Assembly (NCBI GenBank): GCA_964016885.1
Contig: OZ024743.1
Location: 8,432,001 to 8,496,000, forward strand
DNA from: Eledone cirrhosa
Taxonomy: Eukaryota
Direction: 5' to 3'
DNA: 64,000 nt
How positions within the stretch are numbered: position 1 is the first letter of the stretch; every line of letters starts with the position of its first letter. Under the pieces are notes generated by a model. That model saw only the letters and a list, made by a program, of their open reading frames with translations. It was not told the DNA's origin and ran no database searches. Position numbers and translations under genes: made by a program. Of the stretch, positions 1 through 11,269 are shown one piece after another.

Positions 1-1216
1 ATCCACCTCCACAGCTAATTTCGTCATATATGTATACACATATGTATATGTATATATATATGAAAGCATATACAATATGTTTATGTATAATAAACATACA
101 TAAGTCTTGTTATGAGTAAATTTAAGTTATGATAATTTTGCAACTACCTCCAGAGTAGGGTGAGAACACCAAACATTAGTGTTTCAGGGTTTTTATCCAT
201 CTTCATTGATCTTTACTCATTCAGTACTAAACCAGAATAAGCTATAGCTTATATAGATTTTGCGGATGATATATTTAAAGAGATGCTCATTTGCATATAC
301 TGCAGGTTTGGTGGTGGGGATTATGACGTGCTTGTGGATTGACAGAACCGAAGTTGTCCCCAGTTGTGTGGACAGTGAGCATGAGAAGTTGTGTGTGATT
401 TTTGGATAGTTGAGAGGTTTCTATAACTAGATATCCTTCCCATTACCAACCACTTTACAGGGCACTAGAGAGGTTGTTGAGTCATGACTGAAGTATTCTA
501 TCAACTCTTTTTCGCATAGTTTTTATAACTAGAAGCCTTTCCTAACACCAACTGCGTTATGGATTGAGATGTCTGCATTTATTGTAGCACTAACACTGCA
601 AATGAATGACAAAGGTACATGATGTAAAGTTTATTCATACATTTGTTTCAACTAAGATTTGGATCACTACTTGCATTTTACAATCTTCAATCATCTTCAT
701 CATTATCATCATCATCATCATCATCAACATCATTGTCGTCCATCTTCCATGCTAGTATGGGTTAGACAGAATTGTCCCATTTAGAGGCAAGTTGGGTCAG
801 ATGACCGCATCTTGCTCATACAGAGGACTATTTCTGGCTGGTTTTCTACAGCTGGATGCCCTTCCTAGCGCCAACCACATTTACTGTGTGTGCTGGGTGC
901 TTTTTGGCATGTCTTTTACACGACCACTTTATAGTGTAGGCTGGATGTTTACGTCCATTTTCCATCCTAGCATGGGTTAGACGGGTTGTCCTGTTGTGGG
1001 TAATGCTAGGACAGGTGACCATGTCTTGCTGATACAGGGCTAATACAGGGCTGATTCTGGCTTGGTTTCTACAGCTGCATGTTCTTCCTAATGCCAACCT
1101 CATTTACAGTGAGTACTGGGTGCTAATATTTCAAATATCTTAGCAATATCACCATCATCATTATCATTGTAGCCTCATGATGATCATCGTCATCATCATT
1201 AACATACTTGTAATAG

Positions 1217-1380
1217 TTGTTTCTACGTTTGGCACAAGGCCAGCAATTACCCAGTACATTACTGGTACTTTATTTTATCGACCCCGTAAGGATGAAAGGC
1301 AAAGCTAACCTCAGCAGGATTTGAACTCAGAACATAACTCTATGCTACAGAGCGTGTTGTCTGATGCTCTACCGATTCTG
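1217..1380 (-). mobile_element. tRNA-derived SINE family A
   Basis: Core ctgagttcaaatcc.gccgaggttaactttgcctttcatccttacggggtcgataaaataaagtaccagt, tail ggccttgtgccaaa.gtagaaacaatt. Confidence 0.85.
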
Positions 1381-1454
1381 TGAAACTTCAGCTTTCTCAG
1401 TCAGTGACTACAGCTAGCCACTATCAGCATCAACACAATGGAAGCACATGCATT

Positions 1455-2455
1455 GTTGTGACATTCCAATCCTCACTTTGATATCACCACCATCACTATG
1501 ATATCACCAACCCCATTGTGGGATCGCTATAGACTGTGTGACATCACCATTATCACTATGACATGACAATTGCCATTGTGACATCCTAATTACCACAATC
1601 TTATCACAGTTATCATTATGACATTATCACTGAGACACCACCATTTCTATGATATCACCATCTTCATTGTATGATCACTATAGGTAGTGTGATATCACCA
1701 TTATCACTGAGACATCACCACCATTTCTATGATATCACCATCTTCATTGTATGATCACTATAGGTAGTGTGATATCACCATTATCACTGAGACATCACCA
1801 CCATTTCTATGATATCACCACCCTCATTGTATGATCACTATAGGTAGTGTGATATCACCATTATCACTGAGACATCACCACCATTTCTATGATATCACCA
1901 TCTTCATTGTATGATCACTACAGGTAGTGTGATATCACCATTATCACTGAGACATCACCACCATTTCTATGATATCACCATCTTCATTGTATGATCACTA
2001 CAGGTAGTGTGATATCACCATTATCACTGAGACATCACCACCATTTCTATGATATCACTATCTTCATTGTATGATCACTATAGGTAGTGTGATATCACCA
2101 TTATCACTGAGACATCACCACCATTTCTATGATATCACCATCTTCATTGTATGATCACTACAGGTAGTGTGATATCACCATTATCACTGAGACATCACCA
2201 CCATTTCTATGATATCACTATCTTCATTGTATGATCACTATAGGTAGTGTGATATCACCATTATCACTGAGACATCACCACCATTTCTATGATATCACCA
2301 TCTTCATTGTATGATTACTACAGGTAGTGTGATATCACCATTATCACTGAGACATCACCACCATTTCTATGATATCACCATCTTCATTGTGGCATCACCA
2401 TATTTTTGTGTAACCACTATCAGCCATGTGACATTAGCATCGTCGTAGTGACACC
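1455..2455. repeat. Minisatellite: 80-bp higher-order unit (4 x 20 bp), about 9.5 copies at 1625-2390, degenerate 20-mers on both sides
   Basis: ttatcactga recurs every 80 bp from 1701 to 2341; subunits gatatcaccattatcactga / gacatcaccaccatttctat / gatatcaccatcttcattgt / atgatcactataggtagtgt. Confidence 0.95.
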
Positions 2456-2546
2456 AGTTTCTTCTGTTTCATTATTTTTTATATTCTATACATCATGAAA
2501 CCATTTTTTTTTAAATTTAATGCTTAATTTCTCTCATTTGGTACAG

Positions 2547-2869
2547 GTTCTAGAAAATTTAAAAAAAAGCACTGATTTCAATCTTATCTTAATTGATATG
2601 CTTGAAAATAGCCCCATTGATAACCAGATCAATATTCTTAATGCATTCATTGATTTTGCCTCTAAATATGGATTAGATAACAACGAACTAATTGCTTTAG
2701 AAATTATTGAGCTTTTAAAAAACACTTACTTAAATACAGAAAATTCTGTTGAGAAGCTGAATGCACTTATGCAGGCTGCAATGAAGAGTTTGGAAATATT
2801 AGGTGTTACAAATGATGTGATCATTTTAGAAGTGATGAAATATTTCATTCATGGTGATGAAGTGACAAG
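2547..2869 (+). CDS. WDR97: WDR97-like gene, internal coding exon A (gene starts upstream of window)
   Basis: Pyrimidine tract + tacag acceptor, open frame VLENLKKSTDF...ILEVMKYFIHGDEVT-R, donor AG|gtttgt (phase 2). ILEVMKYF..RNCVINLLKTFGVED resembles the VLELMSYF..LKKLL.GLGLQDP segment I recall from vertebrate WDR97; identity from memory, needs BLAST. Confidence 0.8.
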
Positions 2870-3854
2870 GTTTGTATGTTATTTGATAATGTAATTGAAC
2901 TGTTTATTAATGCTTTTCTTTTCTAGATTGGGAGATTTATCCATGTAATGAATTGATTTCTGGACACTAAACTAATTTTTGTAAAAGTGTATAGTTCGCT
3001 AAATTCACCCAAGTATATTGCTTTTTGTTAGGGTTCACAACTGCATAGATTTCATGTGGCTCCTATGAGATAGCAGTTCTTAAGAAGTTTCTTAGGTGTT
3101 TTAGTGTTGGGGTCCCAGTCTTATCATATCACCATTTTTCCAGTGAAAGGAGAGGGTATTTGAATGTATAATGCACAGAGTCAGAATATACACTACAAGA
3201 CATTCAACATTCTATCAAATCTGCTAATCCCCAAAGGAGTACTTTATTGACTCCAAAAGTATGAAACAAAAGGATGAAAGTTAAACTTGACATCAGCAGG
3301 ATTTAAACTCAAAGTGCGGAGAACTGTAACAAATACTACAAGGCATTTTAACTGCCTTACCCAAGTATATTACTGTTACTTATTTTATTAATATTGAAGA
3401 CATAAAAATGAAGTTGATGCTAGTGGGATTTCAACTAAGAAATAAATGGGCTTAAACTATGTAACATTCTTTTTCAATCTGTCACTATATTTATGTATGA
3501 GTTGGTGCCTCAATAAAATGCAACAGTACACTCACAAAAGTAGTAGTGTTGGTGTATTGATAAAATGTACCCAGTGCACTCTCTAAAGTGGTAGTGTGGG
3601 TGTCATGATAAAATGTACTATGTACACACTGTTTAGTGGTTGGCATTGGGAAAAGAAACTCTGCCAAAATGAAACCTATGAGCAAAGTGTGGTCACTTGA
3701 CCTGTTTAGTCTCAGTTGGCCCATCCAACAAATGCCAGTATGAAAATGGGATGTAAAATAGTGACAATAGTGGTGATGATTGATACAAAATCATTACAGT
3801 GGTATATCTGTCAATAAATAGGTTGTGTTGAACATTGACTATTCTATATACTTA

Positions 3855-6490
3855 TCATCATCATCATCATCATCAGGTTTAGCGTCCGTGTTCCACGCTT
3901 GCATGGGTTTGGACGGAGGTTTTCCCACTTGAGGCAAGAGTGGTTGTCTTGCTCGCATAGGACTGTCTGGCGGGTTTTCTACAGTTGGATGCCCTTCCTA
4001 ACACCAACCACATTTACAGTGTGGGGCTGGGAGGTTTTTACCGTGTTGCCTACACGGCCACATTACAGCGTGGACTGTCTGGCGGGTTTTCTACAGCTGG
4101 ATGCCCTTCCTAACACCAACCACATTTACAGTGTGGGGCTGGGAGGTTTTTACCGTGTTGCCTACACGGCCACATTTACAGCGTGGACTGTGTGTTTTTT
4201 GTCGTGACACCTACACGATCTCATTTGTTTCGGCCTGGATGTTGTGGGACCAACATAACTGTACATTGAAAGGGATGGGGTGGAGGTGGTGGGACGGGGG
4301 GGGGGTGTTTTGATAGAGATGCCTACTGACTGTAGTAGGTTTTTACTTTGTATTTAGGTAAGGCGGGTCTTCTCTATTACTGAGTACCGCCAAAGGTCTC
4401 GGTCCAGTGACATTGTCTTGGAGAGGTGTAAGCGTGTGAGGTCGGAATTTATCAGCTCGTCCCATGTTATTCTGGGTCTGCCTACTCCGTGGCTACCGTC
4501 TATCTTTATTGCCCTGCACTTTGTTATACAGCTGTCGTCTTTCATGCGCATCACGTGACCGTACCAACGTAGCCTTCTCTCGAGTAAACAACATCTGATC
4601 CCTCTTATTTCTAATTTTTTCCTTAGTTCGTTTATGCTTTGCCGTTCACCTATATTACTATTGCACATCCAGCGGAGCATGCAAGCTTTGTTCCTCTCTA
4701 GTCTGCGTATATCCTCTGCACACAATGCCCAGGTCTCACTACCATGCAGCATTGCTGTTCGTATGCAGGCATCGTATAACCTGCCTTTCATTTTTAGGGA
4801 GAACCCTCTAGCGGCTAATAGTGGTATAAGCTCTCTGAACTTTTTCCATCCAGTTCTGACTCTAGCTACTGTACTTTCAGAGCACCCTCCCCCACTGCAG
4901 ATTTTGTCACCCAGGTAACGGAAGCTGTCCACTATTTCTATAGAACCCTCTGCGCAGTTGAAGGAGCTAGTATTTTGTGGGCACTTGCTGCTACTTATTG
5001 CACCAGAGCACCGGCCACATGTAAAATCTATGTTCTTAGTTAGCTTACCTGTGATCCCACTACATCTTTTATGCACCCATACTTTGCATTTGGGACATAA
5101 AATGGAGTTTCTACCTACGCCTTTCCTACACACTGAGCATGGCCATTTCCCAGATGAGACTGCCGCCATATTTTCTTTCCTACAAACTAGAACTTTTGTC
5201 TTAGCCAGGTTAATTTTAAGGCCTTTTGATTCTAGGCCGTGCTTCCATGTTTGGAATTTCTTCTCTAGTTCGGTCATTGATTCAGCTATGAGCGTTAGAT
5301 CATCTGCGTATAGGAGTTCCCATGGGCAGCCGGTCTTGAACTCCTCTGTTATAGCCTGAAGGGCAATAATAAATAGTAGGGGGCTAAGAACAGAGCCCTG
5401 ATGGACACCAACTTTTACGCTAAACTCTTCACTATATTCGTTGTTAATTCTAACCTTACTGACTGTTTCTTTATACATGGCTTGTATAGCTCTCACAAGC
5501 CATTCGTCAACACCTAGTTTTCTAAGAGACCACCAGATAATGGAACGGGGGACTCTGTCGAAGGCTTTCTCCAAGTCGACGAAAGCTAAGTATAGGAGTT
5601 TACTTTTAGCTAGGTACTTCTCCTGTAGTTGTCGTACAATGAAAAGAGCGTCTGTGGTACTTTTGCCTGACACAAATCCGAACTGCATTTCATCTAGATC
5701 AATTCTCTCTCTGATTAGTTGCGCTATTACTTTTTCCGTGACCTTCATGACCTGGTCGATTAATTTAATGCCTCTATAGTTACTCCTATCTAGGGCATCT
5801 CCTTTTCCCTTATAGCAGTTAACGATGATGCTGCTACGCCAGTCCTTCGGAACAACCCCATTCTGTACGACTTGGTTAACTATCCGGGTGACCATGGTGT
5901 GTCCCACCGAACCAGATGCCTTCAGCATCTCAGCAACTATTTCCGAAGGACCAGCCGCCTTACCCGTCTTCATATCTTTGATTGCCTTGCTTATTGTACT
6001 ACCCTGGACTAACACTGCTGGTCCCTCTATTGGGTCGATGTGGGGGAGACTGTCTTTCTCCCATTTGTTCTCCTCATTTAGAAGCCTTTCGTAGTGACAC
6101 TTCCAAGCTACCTTCTTATCAGCGTCGGTGATGGCAAGTATGCCATCATCGTTAAGCACACACTTCTCCCCGACAATATCACGGTTTTCCTTGACACATT
6201 GCCTGGCAATCCTGAACACCTCACGTTTTTGGTCCTCACGTTGTAGAACATGCTTGAACTTTCTTTCCTCTGCTTCCCTTCTTGCGAAGTACACTTGTCT
6301 CCTAGCTTCCCCCCTGGCTACCTGATAGTCTTCTCTACTTCCCCCATCCCGCCATGCTTTCCAAGCCTGCTTTTTGGCCTTAATTGACTCCTCCACCTTA
6401 CTGTTCCACCACCATGTTACTCTCCTCCTACCTACAGGCCTGCTCCAGCCACAGACTTCGTCTGCCGCCGTCAGCAGGTTTGCAAGCCAA
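3855..6490 (-). mobile_element. 5'-truncated RTE-clade LINE with 3' UTR and (GAT)n tail
   Basis: Contains the 716-aa RT ORF; (ATC)n at about 3855-3875 on + is the tail; 113-bp tandem duplication in the 3' UTR (3960-4190). Confidence 0.93.
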
Positions 6491-6504
6491 GAAATATGTG
6501 ACAA
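4354..6504 (-). CDS. RTE ORF: reverse transcriptase plus PHD-like zinc finger, endonuclease missing
   Basis: Motifs KGKGD..SNYRGI, QFGF, FVDLEKAFD, GVHQGSVLSP, LLYADD, FRYLG, RRLRWYGHV; insert CSVC..C..C..WVH..C..C..C. Confidence 0.92.
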   Translation of the reverse strand: MSHISWLANLLTAADEVCGWSRPVGRRRVTWWWNSKVEESIKAKKQAWKAWRDGGSREDYQVARGEARRQVYFARREAEERKFKHVLQREDQKREVFRIARQCVKENRDIVGEKCVLNDDGILAITDADKKVAWKCHYERLLNEENKWEKDSLPHIDPIEGPAVLVQGSTISKAIKDMKTGKAAGPSEIVAEMLKASGSVGHTMVTRIVNQVVQNGVVPKDWRSSIIVNCYKGKGDALDRSNYRGIKLIDQVMKVTEKVIAQLIRERIDLDEMQFGFVSGKSTTDALFIVRQLQEKYLAKSKLLYLAFVDLEKAFDRVPRSIIWWSLRKLGVDEWLVRAIQAMYKETVSKVRINNEYSEEFSVKVGVHQGSVLSPLLFIIALQAITEEFKTGCPWELLYADDLTLIAESMTELEKKFQTWKHGLESKGLKINLAKTKVLVCRKENMAAVSSGKWPCSVCRKGVGRNSILCPKCKVWVHKRCSGITGKLTKNIDFTCGRCSGAISSSKCPQNTSSFNCAEGSIEIVDSFRYLGDKICSGGGCSESTVARVRTGWKKFRELIPLLAARGFSLKMKGRLYDACIRTAMLHGSETWALCAEDIRRLERNKACMLRWMCNSNIGERQSINELRKKLEIRGIRCCLLERRLRWYGHVMRMKDDSCITKCRAIKIDGSHGVGRPRITWDELINSDLTRLHLSKTMSLDRDLWRYSVIEKTRLT

Positions 6505-7900
6505 AAAAAGAATTGATGGTAATATGAGGGTTAACTATAATCGAGGTCAATATTTTGCTGGTTTTCATCAATTTCAAAATTCTACATATATGTGGTGCTA
6601 AAATATTTTCACTTTGGAGGTGAAATTCATTTTTTGATGTGTTTTGAATGAATATGGCCTTCAAAATGGTTGGAAATTGGTAAAAATCATTATGTAATGG
6701 AGTTGTGAAACAAAAACTGTACTCTAAATGACACATAAAACATTTTAAATATCAAAATATTACAACCTCATAAATATATTCTCTATCAATGAGAATGGCA
6801 CCATCTAAACATTATATGTTGATTAGATTTGGCTTATGCATGGGGTTTGAATTTTTGCCTAGTATTTCTCAATTAAAAGGTATGGGTTGGGGGTTATAAC
6901 TGGATTGGCTTATATTTGAGTATGTTTTTTTGTTTATCTTGAAATAATAGTCCCCATTTTTCAATGAATCATCACAAAATTTGGCACAGATCCAGATCAA
7001 TGTCAGAATCATCCACAAAGGAAAAAAAAAATTCAACTCCCATCTGTTCCTGTGATGAAAGAATGAATTACAGAAAAGAGATGAAAGTATCAGTAGAATG
7101 GGTGTGGGAGAAAAAAAAGAAACAGAATGAACCAATTTTTATGTCAAACTCTGTTGTTCTCATTCTTTTCTTTTTCCTCCCCACTTCTCTCTTATATATG
7201 TTTGTGTGTATGTATATGTATTTATAAAATGAATGGAAATCAGTCAATGATTAGCAGTTAATAAATTAGCAAAATTAGCAAAAGGCTCTTCTGGTATATA
7301 TGGTAATGACAAGAAGCAGTAGATAATGATGGTGTATAACAATAGTTTATAAAATAGGGCTGAGAGAACTATTCTGTAGTATGTTGCTACAATAATATGT
7401 ATTCTGCAATATTGTCAAAGTCTTTACTCCTAGTTGTAGAGAAGATTACATTAATAAGGAAAAGAGTGATGGTTATAAGGATGGTGGAGATAATGATAGT
7501 AATGGTGATAATGCTAAAGTAATTGAAATACAGGCATGAAAACATTGGGAAAGAAGTGGTAATGGCGATGGTAGTAGCAATATTACTGAAAATATAAAAT
7601 ATGAAATGTTGAATATTAGGGCTAATACTTATGGCCTGGGAAGAGCTACAGTTTATGGTATGTGCCACAGGTATGACATTATTGCAAACTACCTATTATA
7701 GTAATTCTTTTAGTTTCTATATTTAATGAACAATCTAGCTACAGCCACTTCTGAGCTTTGTAGACTGTGGACAATCCAACATTGCAACAGAATTTTTACA
7801 AATTTTTTAGCTCTGCATCCTGTAAATGTTGATATGACAGCTATTTCTAGTAGGTTGAATGTCAATAAAAACGTTTCCTTATCTTTAGTTAGTAAATAAT

Positions 7901-8290
7901 TGTTTCTATTTTTGGCACAAGGCCAGCAATTACATCAGTGCATTACTGGTGCTTTATTTTATCAACCCCGTAAAGATGAAAGGCAAAGTTGACCTCGGCG
8001 AGATTTGAACTCAAATCGTAAAGGGCTGTAACTTTATGCTGCTAAGCATGGTGTCCGACCCTTTACCAATACTGCCAATTCACCACATTCAGTTAGTAAA
8101 TAATTGTTTCTACTTTAGGCACAAGGCCAGTAATTACCCAGTGCATTACTGGTACTTTATTTTATCGACCCCGTAAGGATGAAAGGCAAAGTCAACCTCG
8201 GCGGGATTTGAACTCAGATCATAAAGGGACGTAACTATGCTGGAAAGCATGGCGTCCGACCCTCTACCGATACTGCCAATCCACCGCCCA
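7901..8290 (-). mobile_element. Two tandem SINE A copies sharing one target sequence
   Basis: agttagtaaataat at 7887-7900, 8091-8104 and 8294-8307 brackets both copies. Confidence 0.9.
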
Positions 8291-8480
8291 TTCAGTTAGT
8301 AAATAATACCCTGACTTTGGTTATTTCATCAAAGATATGCTGTAACATTTCTAAAGAGGGTTGAAGTTAATGGGAATAATGAACTGTGGCTTAGCAACTA
8401 TTTCTCCATGATATTAAATGTATAAAAGTTTTATTGTCAATTGTTTTTATAGCTGTCAATTGTTTTTATAACTAATAAAT

Positions 8481-8950
8481 TCTTCTTTTTTCTTTTTTCT
8501 TTTTTCTTTTTTCTTTTTTCTTTTTTCTTTTTTCTTTTTTCTTTTTTCTTTTTTCTTTTTTCTTTTTTCTTTTTTCTTCTTTTTTCTTTTTCTTCTTTTT
8601 CTTCTTCTGTCAGAAGCAACCATCTCCAACTGATCTGGCCTAATCCCCAAGCGTGACCAGCCAAGCTCATGGATGTTATCCAACCATCTTGCTTTGGGTC
8701 TCCTGCTGGTTGGTTTTGCCTGTAAAATCTGTCCAGCGATTCTTTTCTGAGACATTCTAAACACATGCCCACAGTATCAGAGCTGTGATCTCTCAATTCA
8801 GAGAAGTAGCATCTCTACCTGGAGTGACTCTCTGATCTATGCACTCTATCGAGTAATGTTACTCCAAAGACCCTTCGGAGGAACCCCATTTTGGCCGCTT
8901 GTATTCGCAAGGATATTCTTTTGGCCATAACACAAGATTTGATTATGAGA
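8481..8950 (-). mobile_element. 3' fragment of a second RTE family with expanded GA-rich tail
   Basis: RMSQKRIAGQILQAKPTSRRPKARWLDNI is an RTE C-terminal motif; the tail runs into (GAAAAAA)n-type repeats at 8481-8606. Confidence 0.7.
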
Positions 8951-9110
8951 TATCTATGGAACCCATTATCTATCAAGAAAACTTAAACAAGCTGTTATGT
9001 GATTTATTCAGAAATACACCAAACTGGTCAGAGTCAGGTTTGAATTCATGACTAATGGCAATGTTAATTTTGTAGTTTAATTTGATTGAAGCTTCTTTTT
9101 TTTTTTACAG

Positions 9111-9257
9111 AAATTGTGTAATTAATTTACTGAAGACATTTGGTGTAGAAGATCATTGTCAATCCATCACCACGGAATTCGAGGACTTTCCAACAGAAGG
9201 GGAGACAACTTCTGTATGGACAAATACACATTTACAGCTTGGATTATGGTTCAATAA
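9111..9257 (+). CDS. WDR97: WDR97-like exon B
   Basis: ttttttttacag acceptor, 147 nt, (R)NCVINLLKTFGVEDHCQSITTEFEDF...GLWFN(K), donor gtaagc; phase 2-2 fits both neighbours. Confidence 0.85.
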
Positions 9258-9286
9258 GTAAGCAAATTGTTTCATTTTATTGTTTA

Positions 9287-9946
9287 CTAGCATTAAAGCC
9301 CGGCGTTGCTCGGGGTCAGTAAGTTACCAAAGTTAGGTTGCACCACCCATTTTATGGCAGCACTTTTTTGTCTGCCAGGCACTGGGTGAATGAATTGCAG
9401 ACCTGGACTGCCGAAGCAGGAGCTGCGCCAGCAGTGACAATTGTAGTTTCACCTATGGATATTATATCTGTGCAAAGAAGTGTTAAAATTTATTGTTTCA
9501 CAGTACTTGCGCAACATGTGCGTAGACGATGCCAGCCGAACAACAGAGCTGCGATGGAGTTGTTCTGCATGGTTGTCTAATGTGTGTTTTCTAAATTTAA
9601 GACAGTAGGGAGGGGTGTGATATGGGGGAGAGTTAGCTGCTGTTTCTAGCAGGTTTAGTGACCTCATAGAGGATATGTGTTTTCTAAATTTAAGACAGTA
9701 GGGAGGGGTGTGATATGGGGGAGAGTTAGCTGCTATTTCTAGCAGGTTTAGTGACCTCATAGAGGATATTATTGTGTATAGTAAATAAACTGATAGTTCT
9801 TTCTTCCACGTTCGTTGAGAGATGTTTTAAAAAAGATTTACCGCTATTTTTTTTTTGTTGTTGAATAAATTTATCTGTTGCTTTTGAATAATTGTTGTCA
9901 TTGAAGTAAATAAATGTTTGACCATTCCACACTCAAAAACAAACGT

Positions 9947-9996
<50 letters not shown>

Positions 9997-10340
9997 TCTC
10001 TCACTCTCTATCTCCTTCATTTCTTTCTCTCTTCTTTCTTCGGCGTTCCTAAAGGAAGTTTGTAAGTTTAAGCGTATATAAGAGAAAGTTGCAGCATGTA
10101 TGTAGTTTTAAGGGGAGTAGAGAGAGGTTATCAGATTGTATTAGAGGGGTAAAGCGTCATGTATTTAGTTTTATCGATTATTTCCGTAATTGTGGGTGAG
10201 TTTGAAATAAATAAATAGTCGTTGACCTAAGTTAGACCATTTACAACATTCTTACAGACTTTGAGTTGAATCGGTTTGAAATTGTGCAAATGTATAAAAT
10301 TGAAACATACAGACAGACACAAAAATCTGCCTTTTATAGA
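9287..10340 (-). mobile_element. Non-autonomous Helitron
   Basis: On - strand begins TC(TATAAAAG), ends CCCGAGCAACGCCGGG hairpin + 8 nt + CTAG, inserted between A and T with no TSD. Confidence 0.75.
9581..9768. repeat. 94-bp tandem duplication inside the Helitron
   Basis: tgtgttttctaaatttaagacagtagggagg...gacctcatagaggata occurs twice head to tail. Confidence 0.9.
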
Positions 10341-10846
10341 TAATGATTAGAAATAAATAAAAAAGTTAAGGATGCTTATTTTATTTTTACATCTTAGTCA
10401 GAGGGGGCTGGCCAACACCCATGATCCTTTGTTTTTTAGGGCTACTGAAATTGGTGAGAGGAAGAGAGAAAATTATCCTCAAGCCAGAAATCAGTCTAAA
10501 ATGCTTGCAACAAATTGAAATTTGCTAAAGGGGCTTTAGGATCCGATGATGGTGTTAACTTAAGCAATGCATTAAGTCTATCTCTCAAGAACATAGGATG
10601 CAAAAAAACTGGAACACATACTGCAAGGTAGCTTATCCAATGCTCTAAAAAATTCTGCCATCTTTATCAACCTTGAAAGTATGAAAGGTAATGTTGACTT
10701 CAGCCATATTTGAACTTGGTGTTCAAACCTAAAACAAATATCACATGGTATTTTCCCACTGTAACAACTGCCAATATGATAACTATATATGTTGATATCT
10801 TTGATGTAGAGGTTTACTGCAATACTCAGGTTGGTAATATAATATA

Positions 10847-10918
10847 CAGTGTTCCCAAAAAATGTATACACACATTTATTAGAATGCTGTTGAAGCGTGT
10901 ATACATTTTTGGGGAACA
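10847..10918. mobile_element. Tiny Tc1/mariner-type MITE (hairpin)
   Basis: TA-CAGTGTTCCCAAAAAATGTATACAC ... GTGTATACATTTTTGGGGAACA inverted repeats; related end near 13180. Confidence 0.6.
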
Positions 10919-11175
10919 TCTTTGTTTGAATGAATAAATCTGCAAAAAAGTACTAATAATTTCAAATAGTTGATTTGTTTTAGTGTGTTTACAGATAAAT
11001 GTATCACCTAACAATAACTACTTGACTTTGTGATTGTGGTCACCATTTTCAGCTCGACATGTATGACTAATGTTTTTTATTAATGTATATAATCATGTTT
11101 AGGAAACATAATGTAGCTTGTCAAATGAGCATGATGTAATATAACACAATTTTAGGCAATGTTCACTTATTTCAG

Positions 11176-11269
11176 ATGGAAACAGCAGTTTCGACAAGAT
11201 CTCAAAGCTTCAATTGGTGACGAAAGTAAAGATCATTTCAAGACAAAGTCAATTACTGGATATCTAGAG
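11176..11269 (+). CDS. WDR97: WDR97-like exon C
   Basis: tatttcag acceptor, 94 nt, (K)WKQQFRQDLKASIGDESKDHFKTKSITGYLE, donor GAG|gtaagt; phase 2-0. Confidence 0.85.

Noticed and set aside
2520-2894. Stand-alone 124-aa gene
   Set aside because: It is an internal exon; both ends of the ORF are intronic.
6487-6504. MSHISW as the true start of the 716-aa ORF
   Set aside because: The ATG appears to come from flanking DNA at the 5' truncation point; the endonuclease domain is absent.
4634-6601. + strand ORFs of 65-133 aa
   Set aside because: Antisense shadows of the RTE ORF.
8437-8796. Lys/Arg-rich protamine-like ORFs
   Set aside because: RTE remnant read through a GA-rich simple repeat.
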